DNA from: Convolutriloba macropyga
Taxonomy: Eukaryota
Length of the DNA: 64,000 nt
Direction: 5' to 3'
NCBI RefSeq assembly: GCF_964194025.1
Contig: NC_134468.1
Span: forward strand, 44,020,001 to 44,084,000
A program made the position numbers and the translations under genes. Below are positions 11,461 through 21,661 of the stretch, in pieces (within the stretch, counting starts at the first letter, position 1; every line of letters begins with the position of its first letter). The notes beneath the pieces are model-generated. The model did no database searches. It had not been told where the DNA came from and saw only the letters and a program-made list of their open reading frames with translations.

Positions 11461-13570
11461 CACGCTATAAAAGTGAATCTAAACTGGCCTCTAATAAACT
11501 TTTTTTCTACTGTGAATGCTCTATTTGCAAATTCATGTTTTTAATACGTACCACTGACGCAAACAGGGAAACAATGAGCTGACTTTCAGCGATGATAAGT
11601 TTCATTACTAACAATTTTGAAAGAATTAAACTGCATATGTGAACACTGCTTCTGAAAAATAGGCATGTTACCTTTTTACATTTTGGTTTACAACTGTTAA
11701 CTGAATGTTGAAACGTTTTTCTCATTTTAAAACTGTTGATGTTCCTCATAACAATCTGGTTGTTCTACAAATCGAAAAAATCATTAAAAACTACTGCATG
11801 GATAGTTTTCCCACTATGTAGCCGATCAATTACGTAGCGTCTGGCCTGGTCAACATAGATCGCTACTTCATGGAACGAAATCGTCAACTCCAATAAGAGT
11901 AAAAGCACAAAGACAGATAAGAGCACAAAAACTGATAAAATAAAAAAAATAAATCAAAAACGCAGTTATGGCAATCCCAAGCTGAGGTCTGGAACCCTAT
12001 TTGAGTGTACATTTTTAGTAAAAAGACCTAAAAAGTCGAAAGGAAAAGGAATGTCTGCGCTTTGATTACATGTTCAAGGACACATACAAAATGGACCATA
12101 TATGGTACTTTAGCAGGACTATAAATGTTACCATAAAGGTTCCGTTTTACAGTAGAAAGAAAAAAATATTGAAAACCTTTTTATCATGAAACGGACCATT
12201 TCCGGTGCCGTGCTATTCATATCAAGATTATATATTAAATAAAATCAAGGCATTTATGGTCCATACATGGTCCCTTTGTGGTAATTAGGTTACTATTTAT
12301 GATAAGTAATCCAAACTGAGGTTCGCGACCCAAGGACCAAGAGAGAGAGATATACGACGAATTTGATTGCAGACAGGGGGTTCGGGTGTCATCGACCTAA
12401 TTTTCAGGACAAATTTTTGGTCGCAGCGTTTCATGTTGTCCATACCTGAATACCACATTTAGGTTTGAATTCGGTCTCTCCCGTAAACAATTTTGGGTCT
12501 CAACCGCAATCAATTTGATCTGTTCAGTATGGCCCAGGTCCACTATTGGTCGGGCTGGCTCACATCTGTTTTGTGTCTGTTCGGTTTGGTCCATAGCCAT
12601 TGTAAGATCTGCCTAAGAAGTGTAATAAATTTATTAGAAATGTATTAAAAGAGTTGGTTCTAATCAGAGTTCAAGTAAGTCCTGATCAAAACCAAGAACG
12701 CCAGTCTAAGACAAGAGCTTTCTGCAATTAATGGCCATTTTTGCAAGCAACAACTGATCTTTATCAACTAACCATCATAGTGATGGTTAAGAAGACACAC
12801 TGATTCAACCTCCAAAAACTGCATTTTTCTTACAATTGGCGGTTTTGATTTAAAGAACAGTAAGAAAGTCAACCTTACTTTTCGCTCAAAAATGAAACGT
12901 GAAATGAAATATTAAAATTTGTATGGTTCTCCATGGCTAAATCAGTCTGGTTTAGAGTGAACAATTTATGTTCGTTATGGCTAATGGCCTGGTTGGTGTG
13001 GCCCAGGGTGACCAAAATTCTCTGTTGGGTGAGGTCCAGGGCAGTCAGAGTCCGTTCAATCTGGCCCATACCTGCCTTCTTGTCTTTTCAATCTGGAACC
13101 TCCGTCCATGCCCAGAATCCGTTTGGCACCTACCTGTTTTGGGTCAAAGAACTGCTCCTGGGAAGTTGGATCAACACGGGCGTGGTTCAATTTCGTTTGT
13201 TTACTCCGTAACAATGCCTGTTTGAGGTGGTAAAACTTATGACAGGAAGAATTTTTTTAAGTTTTCAAGGCAAATTATTTGTATCATTGTCATTGACTTG
13301 GAACCAAAGAATTTTTTTAATTGGATATGCAGAAGAACTGTTCCAAATAAGTCGATTTCCTCTCAAGAAGAGCATCTCCCTCAAAAGAAGAATGACACTG
13401 TCAGCATTTTCGCAGTCCGACATTGTTCAAAGAGTGAGAGTTTTTTTAGACTTGAATGAGTGATGATAGTAGAAATTTTTGGTTGGAACAAACTCTTTAA
13501 TTATCTTTGCATCTTTGTTTTCATAATAATAGTAACTTCAAAAGCATTCCCAAACCTTTATTTCAGTATT

Positions 13571-13813
13571 TTATTCGATATCAGGTTGGGTGTAAATGTA
13601 TCCATCTGTAGGCTTGATTGCGGGGGGTAGACAAGCGGACCCGTCTCCATTTTGTGACTTCCAGCACACTGGCGTACTCGCACCACACTTACACTCGAAC
13701 TTGAAATTGTCCTTGGTCGCATCCAGACAATAAGCTCCCATGGAACAAACATCTGTGCTCTTGTACTCTGTCACCGAGTCAATTACTGGTGGTACCTCTT
13801 CATTTCCCTGGGT
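13571..13813 (-). CDS. Terminal exon of small six-Cys peptide (C-x5-C-x11-CxC-x6-C-x10-C, CART-like spacing)
   Basis: Acceptor gaatgtttag| then an open frame TQGNEEVPPVIDSVTEYKSTDVCSMGAYC...YIYTQPDIE*; AATAAA at and just after the stop; paralogs at 52305, 55199 and 57823. Confidence 0.75.
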   Translation of the reverse strand, partial: TQGNEEVPPVIDSVTEYKSTDVCSMGAYCLDATKDNFKFECKCGASTPVCWKSQNGDGSACLPPAIKPTDGYIYTQPDIE

Positions 13814-13975
13814 CTAAACATTCAAAAACATCCCAATGCTCGTTCCCAACTCTGCGCGATGTTTACTTTTTCATTAGCTCTTTTTCAAAAAGCGTCTGAA
13901 AACAAAAACCTGTTGCAGTAAAACGCAACTGTAAAGAAGAGGCAACTAAAACTAAAATAGGTTTAATTTTAATAT

Positions 13976-14467
13976 TATAACAACCCGGTAGGTATTAAAA
14001 AAAACGAACGTTTGAATTGCGAATGCGGGATTCGAGATTGGGTTGTTTTAGTTTTTTTTGTTGAAATTAACAACTTCAATTTAATTGATCTTACCTTGTT
14101 TTCTGTGCTCTATCTTTTTCTTTGGAAAATCGACAAAGTAAGTTTTCAGAATATTGAATTAAACTGAATAGGTTATTTATAAAAGCTTGTTGAGAAAAAG
14201 CTCAACTAACTGGATTGTAAGCAGAAAAGTCTCAAGTGTCGTTTGGGCGAAGGAACATGGCCAACGGAACAAATTCTCAATTAGCTCTTGAAACACGCAA
14301 AAGCTAAATAAATTGCGTGCCAAATTGTGTTATCAATAATAAATACACTATGGTCCAGTGGCACGAAAGTAAAACAAAGCTTGAGCGGAAAGGCGCTATA
14401 AGATTAATAGATTAATAGCTGGAACATTATACTGCCTAAGGAATAATAATGGGGTAGGGCTGTTACA
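13976..14467 (-). repeat. 3' LTR, copy 2 (492 bp)
   Basis: Differs from the 5' LTR by one substitution (plus strand aacatgg vs aacctgg) and one A-run length, by eye. Confidence 0.95.
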
Positions 14468-14478
14468 TCACCCCGCTT
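14468..14478 (-). promoter_or_regulatory. Putative polypurine tract (AAGCGGGGTGA); also 32095-32105
   Basis: Purine-rich run abutting the TG of the 3' LTR; short and interrupted. Confidence 0.55.
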
Positions 14479-14503
14479 AGGAAGGACATGTCCTCATGTC
14501 CCA

Positions 14504-15496
14504 CTATTCTGTCTCCGAACCCGATGAGGACGATGAGCTCGAAGAACGCGAGCGAGGCTTCCTTTTTATTTTCTTGTTTTGTGGATTATGATTTCCCCGA
14601 AGTAATTGAGAACGCAGGGAGCGGAATTCGTTTTGGAGACCTCTGAGGTGACGACAGGTCGTTGAACAGGACTCAGAGGCAGACATAGTGTCCGTATTCA
14701 CCCCTGCATTGCGGACCTTAGAGGATTTTGGCTTTTTAGGTTGTTTTTTCTCCAGCGTAACAACCTTCGCGGAGAGCAGACGATTTGCCGTCCGAGAATC
14801 ATCTAGCATTTGATTCAGCTCGGAAATGCGAGCTTTTAGTTTGTCGATCTCATTGGTAGCCTGGTAAAGGTCACGCTCGTGAGCCTCACGAGATCGACGA
14901 AGTCGAATAAGTTGATCTCGAAGGTCGCGATTTTCAGCCGAGTTGTCAACAGGGATAGCGACTAGATCCGCAGGATCCAGCAGAGGCCTTCGCCTTGCAT
15001 TGTAAGGATCCTGAAGGCGAACTTTCCCATTGCGGTAAAATTCAACAACCCGCAACACGGCATGCAAATTTGCTGAATACACCAAACCGTTGAGGCGTAA
15101 GGGACCGTTGCGAGGTGGACCCATAGCCTGGCGTGAATTGCTTCCTTCGAGCGGGCTGCTTCTCGAACCCGAAGCTGCTGTTGCAGAAGCAGTCTGAACG
15201 ACTGGAATGTTTTTGGAAGGCGGACAAAAGATGATTGTCATTTCATCCGAAGAAGCAGATGAGCAGACATCCGTGTGCGGCTGAGGATCCCGATTTTGCG
15301 AGAGGTTTTGACGGAACTCAAGCAACTGATCACTTGCCCAGTTGCCAGTTATTCCTGTATCTGCTTGAGAGTCCATACTATCGTCCAGCAACGGAATTGC
15401 AGGCGAAGAAGCACCTGAAAGAAGATCTGTGTCCAGAAGAATATCAGGGCCTGGAGAAGCAGGCATAGTGTTGATTGACTCTGAGCTTGTCGACAT
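14504..15496 (-). CDS. ORF4: 330-aa accessory protein of unknown function, copy 2
   Basis: Intact ORF between env and the 3' LTR. Ser/Pro/acidic N-terminus, heptad coiled coil (LRDQLIRLRRSREAH...LEKK), basic clusters, Arg/Ser tail; ATG preceded by ttgttttag. Confidence 0.85.
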   Translation of the reverse strand: MSTSSESINTMPASPGPDILLDTDLLSGASSPAIPLLDDSMDSQADTGITGNWASDQLLEFRQNLSQNRDPQPHTDVCSSASSDEMTIIFCPPSKNIPVVQTASATAASGSRSSPLEGSNSRQAMGPPRNGPLRLNGLVYSANLHAVLRVVEFYRNGKVRLQDPYNARRRPLLDPADLVAIPVDNSAENRDLRDQLIRLRRSREAHERDLYQATNEIDKLKARISELNQMLDDSRTANRLLSAKVVTLEKKQPKKPKSSKVRNAGVNTDTMSASESCSTTCRHLRGLQNEFRSLRSQLLRGNHNPQNKKIKRKPRSRSSSSSSSSGSETE

Positions 15497-15670
15497 CTAA
15501 AACAAGCAATGTCAATCATTTGTGTACAGAAGTGCATCAGGGCTGCTAGTGATTGATGAACGAAAAGAAAAAAATTTTGAATGAAGCAAAAGACAAAAAT
15601 CAGAAAGCGGCAGTTTTTTTTTTTTTTTTCTAAGACAGAACACTATAGGCGATAAAGAGTCAACCTGTGC

Positions 15671-17725
15671 TTAAATTTTTGTTGTGTAGCGGGCAGAATT
15701 TAATTGTGCTGACGGATAAATTGAATCAACTATTACAGTGCGATTATCAGGGTTCCCATCAGTTTCATTGACAAGTTGGTCATGATTGACAGGCGCAGAT
15801 GCGTGTATATTATTTATGTGATTTTGAAGCATCTGCGTAAAAGGCGCAATGGGGTTAAGAAGCCGGAAAACTGTCCAGAAAGGAACTCCATGAGAAAGGA
15901 GCCTAAGCGCAAATACAAGTTTCAATATATAGATAAAGAGCCCTAGAAGCGCTAAAGTTGTTAGCGTAATTACAGTGCACCTCTCGGCGTAGTACCAACC
16001 ACCACTCGCAACAGATTGCAAATCAATCAAATATTTCCAAGCCGCCAAATTTTCTAGTTCTTCGGAAACGCTTGGATTAAAATGCATTAAACCAGGATGA
16101 GAATATTGGCTGCGAGGATCAAGATATACTTCTCGTCCCGAAATTGTTCGGCGCGAGTATTTTAGAACCCGAGCCTTTGCGCTCTGCCTCAAGTTCTGAT
16201 AAGAAAAGAGACCAGCGGTGTGTAATGAAGGTAAGTTATCACTAAAATCTAGATGGCTGAAAACACTTAGAGATTCGGGCGTACGTGCGACCGAATAATC
16301 ATCTCCATAGTGCATCCAGATGCCTTCAGACGTGCGGTACATGTAAGGTGCTATGGGATCACAAGCAGTCAAAGTATAGTTTGGATACACAACTTGTGTT
16401 ATCGGATTCATGAAACGAATTTGCGTATCATTGCCCAAAAGAACAGGAACTTCCTCTGTGCAGTAGGGGAAGTCTGCAATTCGAGCTTCGACTTTAACAC
16501 ATTTGTGGACGTAAAGAACAGCTCCCGCTTTTTCAGCATGTGTGCCTAACATGGAACCGGATCCGAGGAAGAGATTAGGATTGTCCAAGTTTGACGCTAA
16601 AGAAATGAGTCCTTTTAAGATCATCTGACGCGTATTGCAAATTTCATTTTTGATGAAATTTACAATTCGTTGACGCGAAAGATGCGCGTTGACATGCACA
16701 AACTCAATTTTTGTCCCATAGACTAAGTTTGGAATTGCATCTGTGTTGTAATCTATTTCCGGAAGTTGCTCCGTTATAGGTTCAATGACAAAGTAAACAC
16801 CAGAGTAGGTTGTTGGTCGGACCTTATATGAGCAAACACTAACAGTTGTGTTCAGAAGTTCTATATAAAAGACGCGGGAATCATCCCTGGAAGCAGTTTT
16901 TCCACTCAAATACATTGAATCAGCAGAAGAGATCTGAACGCCAGGATGCTCCGGAGAGAACTCAAATATTGATTTAATCTCACACTGACCGTAGAAATGC
17001 GGTAAATAGGTGATTGAGTCATGCTGAAAGTCAGAACCTGGAAAACTGCAGGACGTGGATCTTTCATTGGGATCTGTCAAGATTAAGGAACATGGAGAGC
17101 TGGTTTTGTCCAAAGTTGCGACTACTTTGCCGATGGTTAGTTTTGCGTTTATAACACCAGATGCGTGAATTTTCGATCCACCTGGGGTAATCCAATCCAC
17201 AGGCCAGGTGAAGTAAATTCCAGCTTTCTTGCCACCACGCATGAAAGAGTACGAATAGTCAAATACCTTGAAATTGCCAGGTTTGTATGGTCTACCATCA
17301 AACAAAAGATCCCCCTCAGTCATTTTAAAATTTTCATCTGCAAAACCTGGAAGTTTGAAATTGCGACCACTCCAAATTGCTCTGCAAACCCAAGTTTCTA
17401 ATGCATAGAAAGTAGGCACTAGGCGAGAATACTCTTTTAAATACACAGAATCATCAAATCGGGCAGAATGCGCTAATCCGGTAACAGCGTAAGAAGCTTG
17501 AAACATGCAAAAACTCATTTGAATATCAACTTCGGGCGCATGAAGAACCAAACCACCAAAAGTAATGTTTTTGGTGCTTAATTTATCAGGCGTACACTGT
17601 TCACTCGGAAGAAGCGAGTAAATTTTTGTTGTGAGAACTTCCTCGATGTCATAGCCTACAAGTGTAGAGAAACTGCAATCTACTAGGCAAGTGAACAACA
17701 GCAACACTTGCTGCACAAAGAGCAT
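15671..17725 (-). CDS. env: env-like type I membrane glycoprotein (chuvirus/gB-type-like), copy 2
   Basis: Hydrophobic signal peptide, Cys-rich ectodomain with N-glycosylation sequons (NIT, NTT, NDT, NYT), C-terminal TM (VITLTTLALLGLFIYILKLVFAL); block GAVLYVHKCVKV..C.EEVPV..FMNPIT..T..CDP..P..Y...G.W recalled as chuvirus-G-like. Confidence 0.88.
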   Translation of the reverse strand: MLFVQQVLLLFTCLVDCSFSTLVGYDIEEVLTTKIYSLLPSEQCTPDKLSTKNITFGGLVLHAPEVDIQMSFCMFQASYAVTGLAHSARFDDSVYLKEYSRLVPTFYALETWVCRAIWSGRNFKLPGFADENFKMTEGDLLFDGRPYKPGNFKVFDYSYSFMRGGKKAGIYFTWPVDWITPGGSKIHASGVINAKLTIGKVVATLDKTSSPCSLILTDPNERSTSCSFPGSDFQHDSITYLPHFYGQCEIKSIFEFSPEHPGVQISSADSMYLSGKTASRDDSRVFYIELLNTTVSVCSYKVRPTTYSGVYFVIEPITEQLPEIDYNTDAIPNLVYGTKIEFVHVNAHLSRQRIVNFIKNEICNTRQMILKGLISLASNLDNPNLFLGSGSMLGTHAEKAGAVLYVHKCVKVEARIADFPYCTEEVPVLLGNDTQIRFMNPITQVVYPNYTLTACDPIAPYMYRTSEGIWMHYGDDYSVARTPESLSVFSHLDFSDNLPSLHTAGLFSYQNLRQSAKARVLKYSRRTISGREVYLDPRSQYSHPGLMHFNPSVSEELENLAAWKYLIDLQSVASGGWYYAERCTVITLTTLALLGLFIYILKLVFALRLLSHGVPFWTVFRLLNPIAPFTQMLQNHINNIHASAPVNHDQLVNETDGNPDNRTVIVDSIYPSAQLNSARYTTKI

Positions 17726-17734
17726 CTAAACAAA

Positions 17735-20700
17735 TCACTCAACATCACTGTCTGAATCAAAATAAGCTAAACGGAAAAATCCTGGATGCCGTGCATGATC
17801 AGCAACAGCTCTACGCGGTCGTTGAGGAACTGTTGTGGAACCTGAACCACTTTGATTTTCTGACAAAAAAACTGGCGGTGACGGAATGGCGGAACTTGTA
17901 GGGTTAGTAGTGTTTTGTAACCTATCAGAGGTAGAAGCCTGTCTTTCAGATAAATCAACCAACACAAGATCATCGTCTTCAGGGACGATGGGTTGAGGAC
18001 TTGGTCTTACAGTTTGGTTGGAACGATTTCTGCGCAACCGCTGGTCTGATGGTGTAAAAGGTTTAATGCGATCGTAATGAGCAATCTGTTGTTTTTGAGT
18101 TTTGACGTCTTGTAGAACAAAATTAATTTGGTTAATAACCTTTTTCACGCAATGAGGTCCAGACCAGAAGCTCTTTAATTTAGGAGTTTGACCCTGTGAG
18201 CACACTGGTGAATGAAGAAGCACCAGGTCTCCTTCTTTATACGAAGGACCATGCTTCTTTTTGTCAAAGATAGCTTTTTGTCGGCGCATTTCCCATCCGT
18301 TTTTCTGAATTACGGACTCGAAAATGGTGGAAGATTCAACTAAACGTTGAAAAACATAATCCCGATGACCAACAATTGGAGTGGGCAATGTTGGATATAG
18401 CATATCAACAGGCATGCGCATTTCTTTCCCAAAAACTAATCGGAAAGGCGATTGACCTGTCGACTCATGAACTGCAGAACGATAGGCCATCATGAAAGAT
18501 TGAAGATGAACAGACCAAACTTCATGCCGTTCTGCGCAGTACTTTGCCAACCCATCTTCCAAAGTGCGATTTATGCGTTCCACTTTTGCATTTCCTTGCG
18601 GGTGGTAAGGAGTAGATCTTGAGCTGGTTAACTGCAGCTTATTGCACATATCTGCGAAAAGGCGCGATGTGAACTGCGAACCGTTGTCACTGTGAATATA
18701 TTCAGGTACACCAAATCGGGTGACCCATTGATCTAAGAAAGTGCTACAGATTGTCTCAGCCTTAATGTTCTGTAGGGGTGCAGCCTCGAACCAGCGAGTA
18801 AAATGGTCTCCAATCATTAGGATGTATTTATAAAATTTCTCATTCAACCGACTTTCTGGGAGAGGGCCAAGGATATCAACTGACACGCAAAGAAAAGGTT
18901 CATAGAATGCCCAGAGCTGCATTTCTTGCTGATGTGATTGTTTTGGATTCTTTCGTTTTTGACAAGTTGCACAACCTGAGATCCAGGAGTCCACATCATT
19001 TTTCAATCCTGGCCAGTAAAATCGCTGACGTACCCGATCAAGAGTTTTCTTATTGCCTAAATGTCCTGAAGCAGGTGAATCATGCAACTGAAGAAGAACT
19101 TTTTGAACCTGGTTAAGTGGAACGCAACACTGATGGAAAAGTGTAGATCCATCCAGTTGTTGAAATAGCCGGTACAAAACACCATCAATAATTTTCAATG
19201 TCTCGAATTGCTGCCAGTAACACTGCAAAGCAGATGGTCTACCAAACATTAAGGATCGAGGTGGTTTCTCACCTGTTCGACACCATGATTTGACTACAGA
19301 CAGAGTTTTATCCTGATCTTGCGTTTCTGAAAAGTGCGGAGACGAAGAAACAGATGTGACAGAAGTAGCAGATAAATTCAAAGGTGGTAATCTGGAAAGA
19401 GCATCAGCATTTGCAATAGTTTTTCCAGGCCGATGGACAATTTCAAAATTGAACATACTTAATTTTTCTAGCCAACGCGCTACTATTGCATCAGGCTCTT
19501 TGAACGAATAGAGCCAAACGAGGGCGCGATGGTCAGTAATTATCTGAAATTTTTGCCCAAGAAGAAATTCTTTGAAGTATGATGTGAAGAACACCACAGC
19601 AAAGAGTTCACGTTTCGTAGCCGAGTAGTTTCTTTGACCTTTTTGCAGCACTTTGCTAGCATATGCAATAACCTTTTCACCATTTTTCTGTTTTTGAGAT
19701 AGCACTGCGCCAATTCCAGTAAGCGATGCGTCAGTACAAAGAACGAATTGATCCTTTTCATTTGGAAAACCTAAGATTGGAGCGGATACTAGCGCTGTTT
19801 TCAATTTCTCGAAAGCTTTTTGGCAGTCTGCTGTCCAATGGAACGTTGTTGTTTTATTCATCAATTGGTACAGAGGGTTCGCAATCAAACCAAAATTGAG
19901 AACAAACTTTCTATAGAAGCCAACAAGGCCCATGAACGATCTTAACTGACGAATAGTTTGTGGAACTGGGTATTTCTCCACAGCTGCTATTTTAGCAGGA
20001 TCAGTGTGTATCCCGTCAGCAGAGACTACATGACCCAGAAATACTAACTTCGTTTGGAATAAGGAACATTTGGCAGGTGAAATTTTCAAATTTGCTTCCC
20101 GTATGCGTTGGAACACAAGTTGAAGACGATGTATGTGTTCCTCGAAAGAACGACCAAAGACTATAATATCATCAAGATAAACCAGGACAATTTCATATGT
20201 CAACCCTGATAAAACAATTTCCATTAGTCTTTGAAATGCTCCAGGGGCATTGCAAAGACCCATTGGCATCCGTTTCCACTGATACAGTCCAAACGGCGCA
20301 ATGAAAGAAGTAAGGTGTCGATCTTCTTCATCAATCTCCATTTGATGAAATCCACTGCAAAGGTCGAGGCTAGAGAAGAAAATGCTTCCCTCGAGATTAT
20401 TTAGAATATCTGATATGCGCGGAAGAGGCCACGATGTTTTGACTGTTTGGGCATTTAGTTTCCGATAGTCAATAACAAGACGATATGACCCGTCACGTTT
20501 CGGAACTAACACGGTTGGAGCTGCCCACTCGGAATGAGTAGGAGATATGAGATCTTTTTCTTGGAGTTTGGTTATCTTATCCTTGAGATCTTTTCTTTTA
20601 GAAGGATTCATTGATCTGTATGGCACTCGGCTAGGCTGGGCGTCATCTTTCAACTGAATACGCAGTTTATGCAAATTACATGAGCCTAGATCCCATTTGT

Positions 20701-21604
20701 CGGTAGCAAACACGTCTGCAAACTGCTTGAGTAGACTAAAAGCGTCCTTTTGTTGTTTTTTAGTGAGAGTGCTGAACTTTGATTTAAACAACTGCATCAA
20801 AGTTTCAGCTGAATTGATGTCAACAGCATTGAAACCAACAGTTTGAAGGACAGTCTCGTTGTAGGGTAAGATTTGCGCAATAGTTTGCGAAGGATATAAA
20901 GTTACGGAATTACAAGTAGGGTTAAGTACTCTTAGCCAAAATTCATTTTGAGAAACTGTTACAAGAGACGAGGCCACTAAAAGGGAGTTTAAACTGGTGA
21001 AACCTACGTGGGGCTCAACCAAACCCACAGTCGCGTCAGACGAAGTACGCGAACTGCTTGAAGAAAACTTATGCGCATGATGTGACTTTAGATTACATTT
21101 TACGAGTGCTTCACTTCGAGGTGGAATAAGGAAACGCGAAGTTACAGAACAAAGCGAAGTCTCAGTTGTCGGAGAATTATCCTCAAACCACTGAGACAAC
21201 GGACTGATACATTCCAGTACTGCGTCACCTACATCTAATAAACCCCGAGAGAAGTCTACTGCACATTTTTGTTTGTGTAGGAGATCAAAACCGACCACAC
21301 AAGGAACACTGAGGTGGGCACAAATGTAAAATTTGAAAGAAAACATGGGACCATTTTTAAACCAACGACATGGAAGCAAGCACATACCCTTAAATTGAAG
21401 CATAGAGCCATTTATGGCGGATGCTTGGATATCAGATGCTTCCAATGTAAGCGAAGGGCTAAAGTTGCTGAACTTGCCAAAAACATCGGCACGAATTACA
21501 CTAATTGAAGCACCTGAATCAATCAGGGCAGGCAGTATATTATCGGCGATTATTATTTTGGAAAGAAGCGACTGTATGCCAAAAATACGCTTGTTTTGTG
21601 CCAT
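17735..21604 (-). CDS. pol: Pol polyprotein, copy 2
   Basis: As copy 1, with two aa differences (SLMFGRP, GQTPKLK). Confidence 0.98.
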   Translation of the reverse strand: MAQNKRIFGIQSLLSKIIIADNILPALIDSGASISVIRADVFGKFSNFSPSLTLEASDIQASAINGSMLQFKGMCLLPCRWFKNGPMFSFKFYICAHLSVPCVVGFDLLHKQKCAVDFSRGLLDVGDAVLECISPLSQWFEDNSPTTETSLCSVTSRFLIPPRSEALVKCNLKSHHAHKFSSSSSRTSSDATVGLVEPHVGFTSLNSLLVASSLVTVSQNEFWLRVLNPTCNSVTLYPSQTIAQILPYNETVLQTVGFNAVDINSAETLMQLFKSKFSTLTKKQQKDAFSLLKQFADVFATDKWDLGSCNLHKLRIQLKDDAQPSRVPYRSMNPSKRKDLKDKITKLQEKDLISPTHSEWAAPTVLVPKRDGSYRLVIDYRKLNAQTVKTSWPLPRISDILNNLEGSIFFSSLDLCSGFHQMEIDEEDRHLTSFIAPFGLYQWKRMPMGLCNAPGAFQRLMEIVLSGLTYEIVLVYLDDIIVFGRSFEEHIHRLQLVFQRIREANLKISPAKCSLFQTKLVFLGHVVSADGIHTDPAKIAAVEKYPVPQTIRQLRSFMGLVGFYRKFVLNFGLIANPLYQLMNKTTTFHWTADCQKAFEKLKTALVSAPILGFPNEKDQFVLCTDASLTGIGAVLSQKQKNGEKVIAYASKVLQKGQRNYSATKRELFAVVFFTSYFKEFLLGQKFQIITDHRALVWLYSFKEPDAIVARWLEKLSMFNFEIVHRPGKTIANADALSRLPPLNLSATSVTSVSSSPHFSETQDQDKTLSVVKSWCRTGEKPPRSLMFGRPSALQCYWQQFETLKIIDGVLYRLFQQLDGSTLFHQCCVPLNQVQKVLLQLHDSPASGHLGNKKTLDRVRQRFYWPGLKNDVDSWISGCATCQKRKNPKQSHQQEMQLWAFYEPFLCVSVDILGPLPESRLNEKFYKYILMIGDHFTRWFEAAPLQNIKAETICSTFLDQWVTRFGVPEYIHSDNGSQFTSRLFADMCNKLQLTSSRSTPYHPQGNAKVERINRTLEDGLAKYCAERHEVWSVHLQSFMMAYRSAVHESTGQSPFRLVFGKEMRMPVDMLYPTLPTPIVGHRDYVFQRLVESSTIFESVIQKNGWEMRRQKAIFDKKKHGPSYKEGDLVLLHSPVCSQGQTPKLKSFWSGPHCVKKVINQINFVLQDVKTQKQQIAHYDRIKPFTPSDQRLRRNRSNQTVRPSPQPIVPEDDDLVLVDLSERQASTSDRLQNTTNPTSSAIPSPPVFLSENQSGSGSTTVPQRPRRAVADHARHPGFFRLAYFDSDSDVE

Positions 21605-21661
21605 GGGTTATTAAAAATGGAGAACAAACTCTTTCAAGGTGGACTATGGCGATAGAAGAAG

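Noticed and set aside
6121-13976. Reading the 5' LTR of one copy and the 3' LTR of the next as one element carrying cargo DNA
   Set aside because: PBS and PPT face the gag-pol side and ATAT flanks the gag-pol-env element; the 7.9 kb is host flank, with the array junction inside it.
14232-14258. The 3'-LTR-specific SNP creates a minus-strand ATG that might start an LTR-peptide fusion
   Set aside because: It reads MFLRPNDT* and lies upstream of the TATA box, so it cannot reach the donor.
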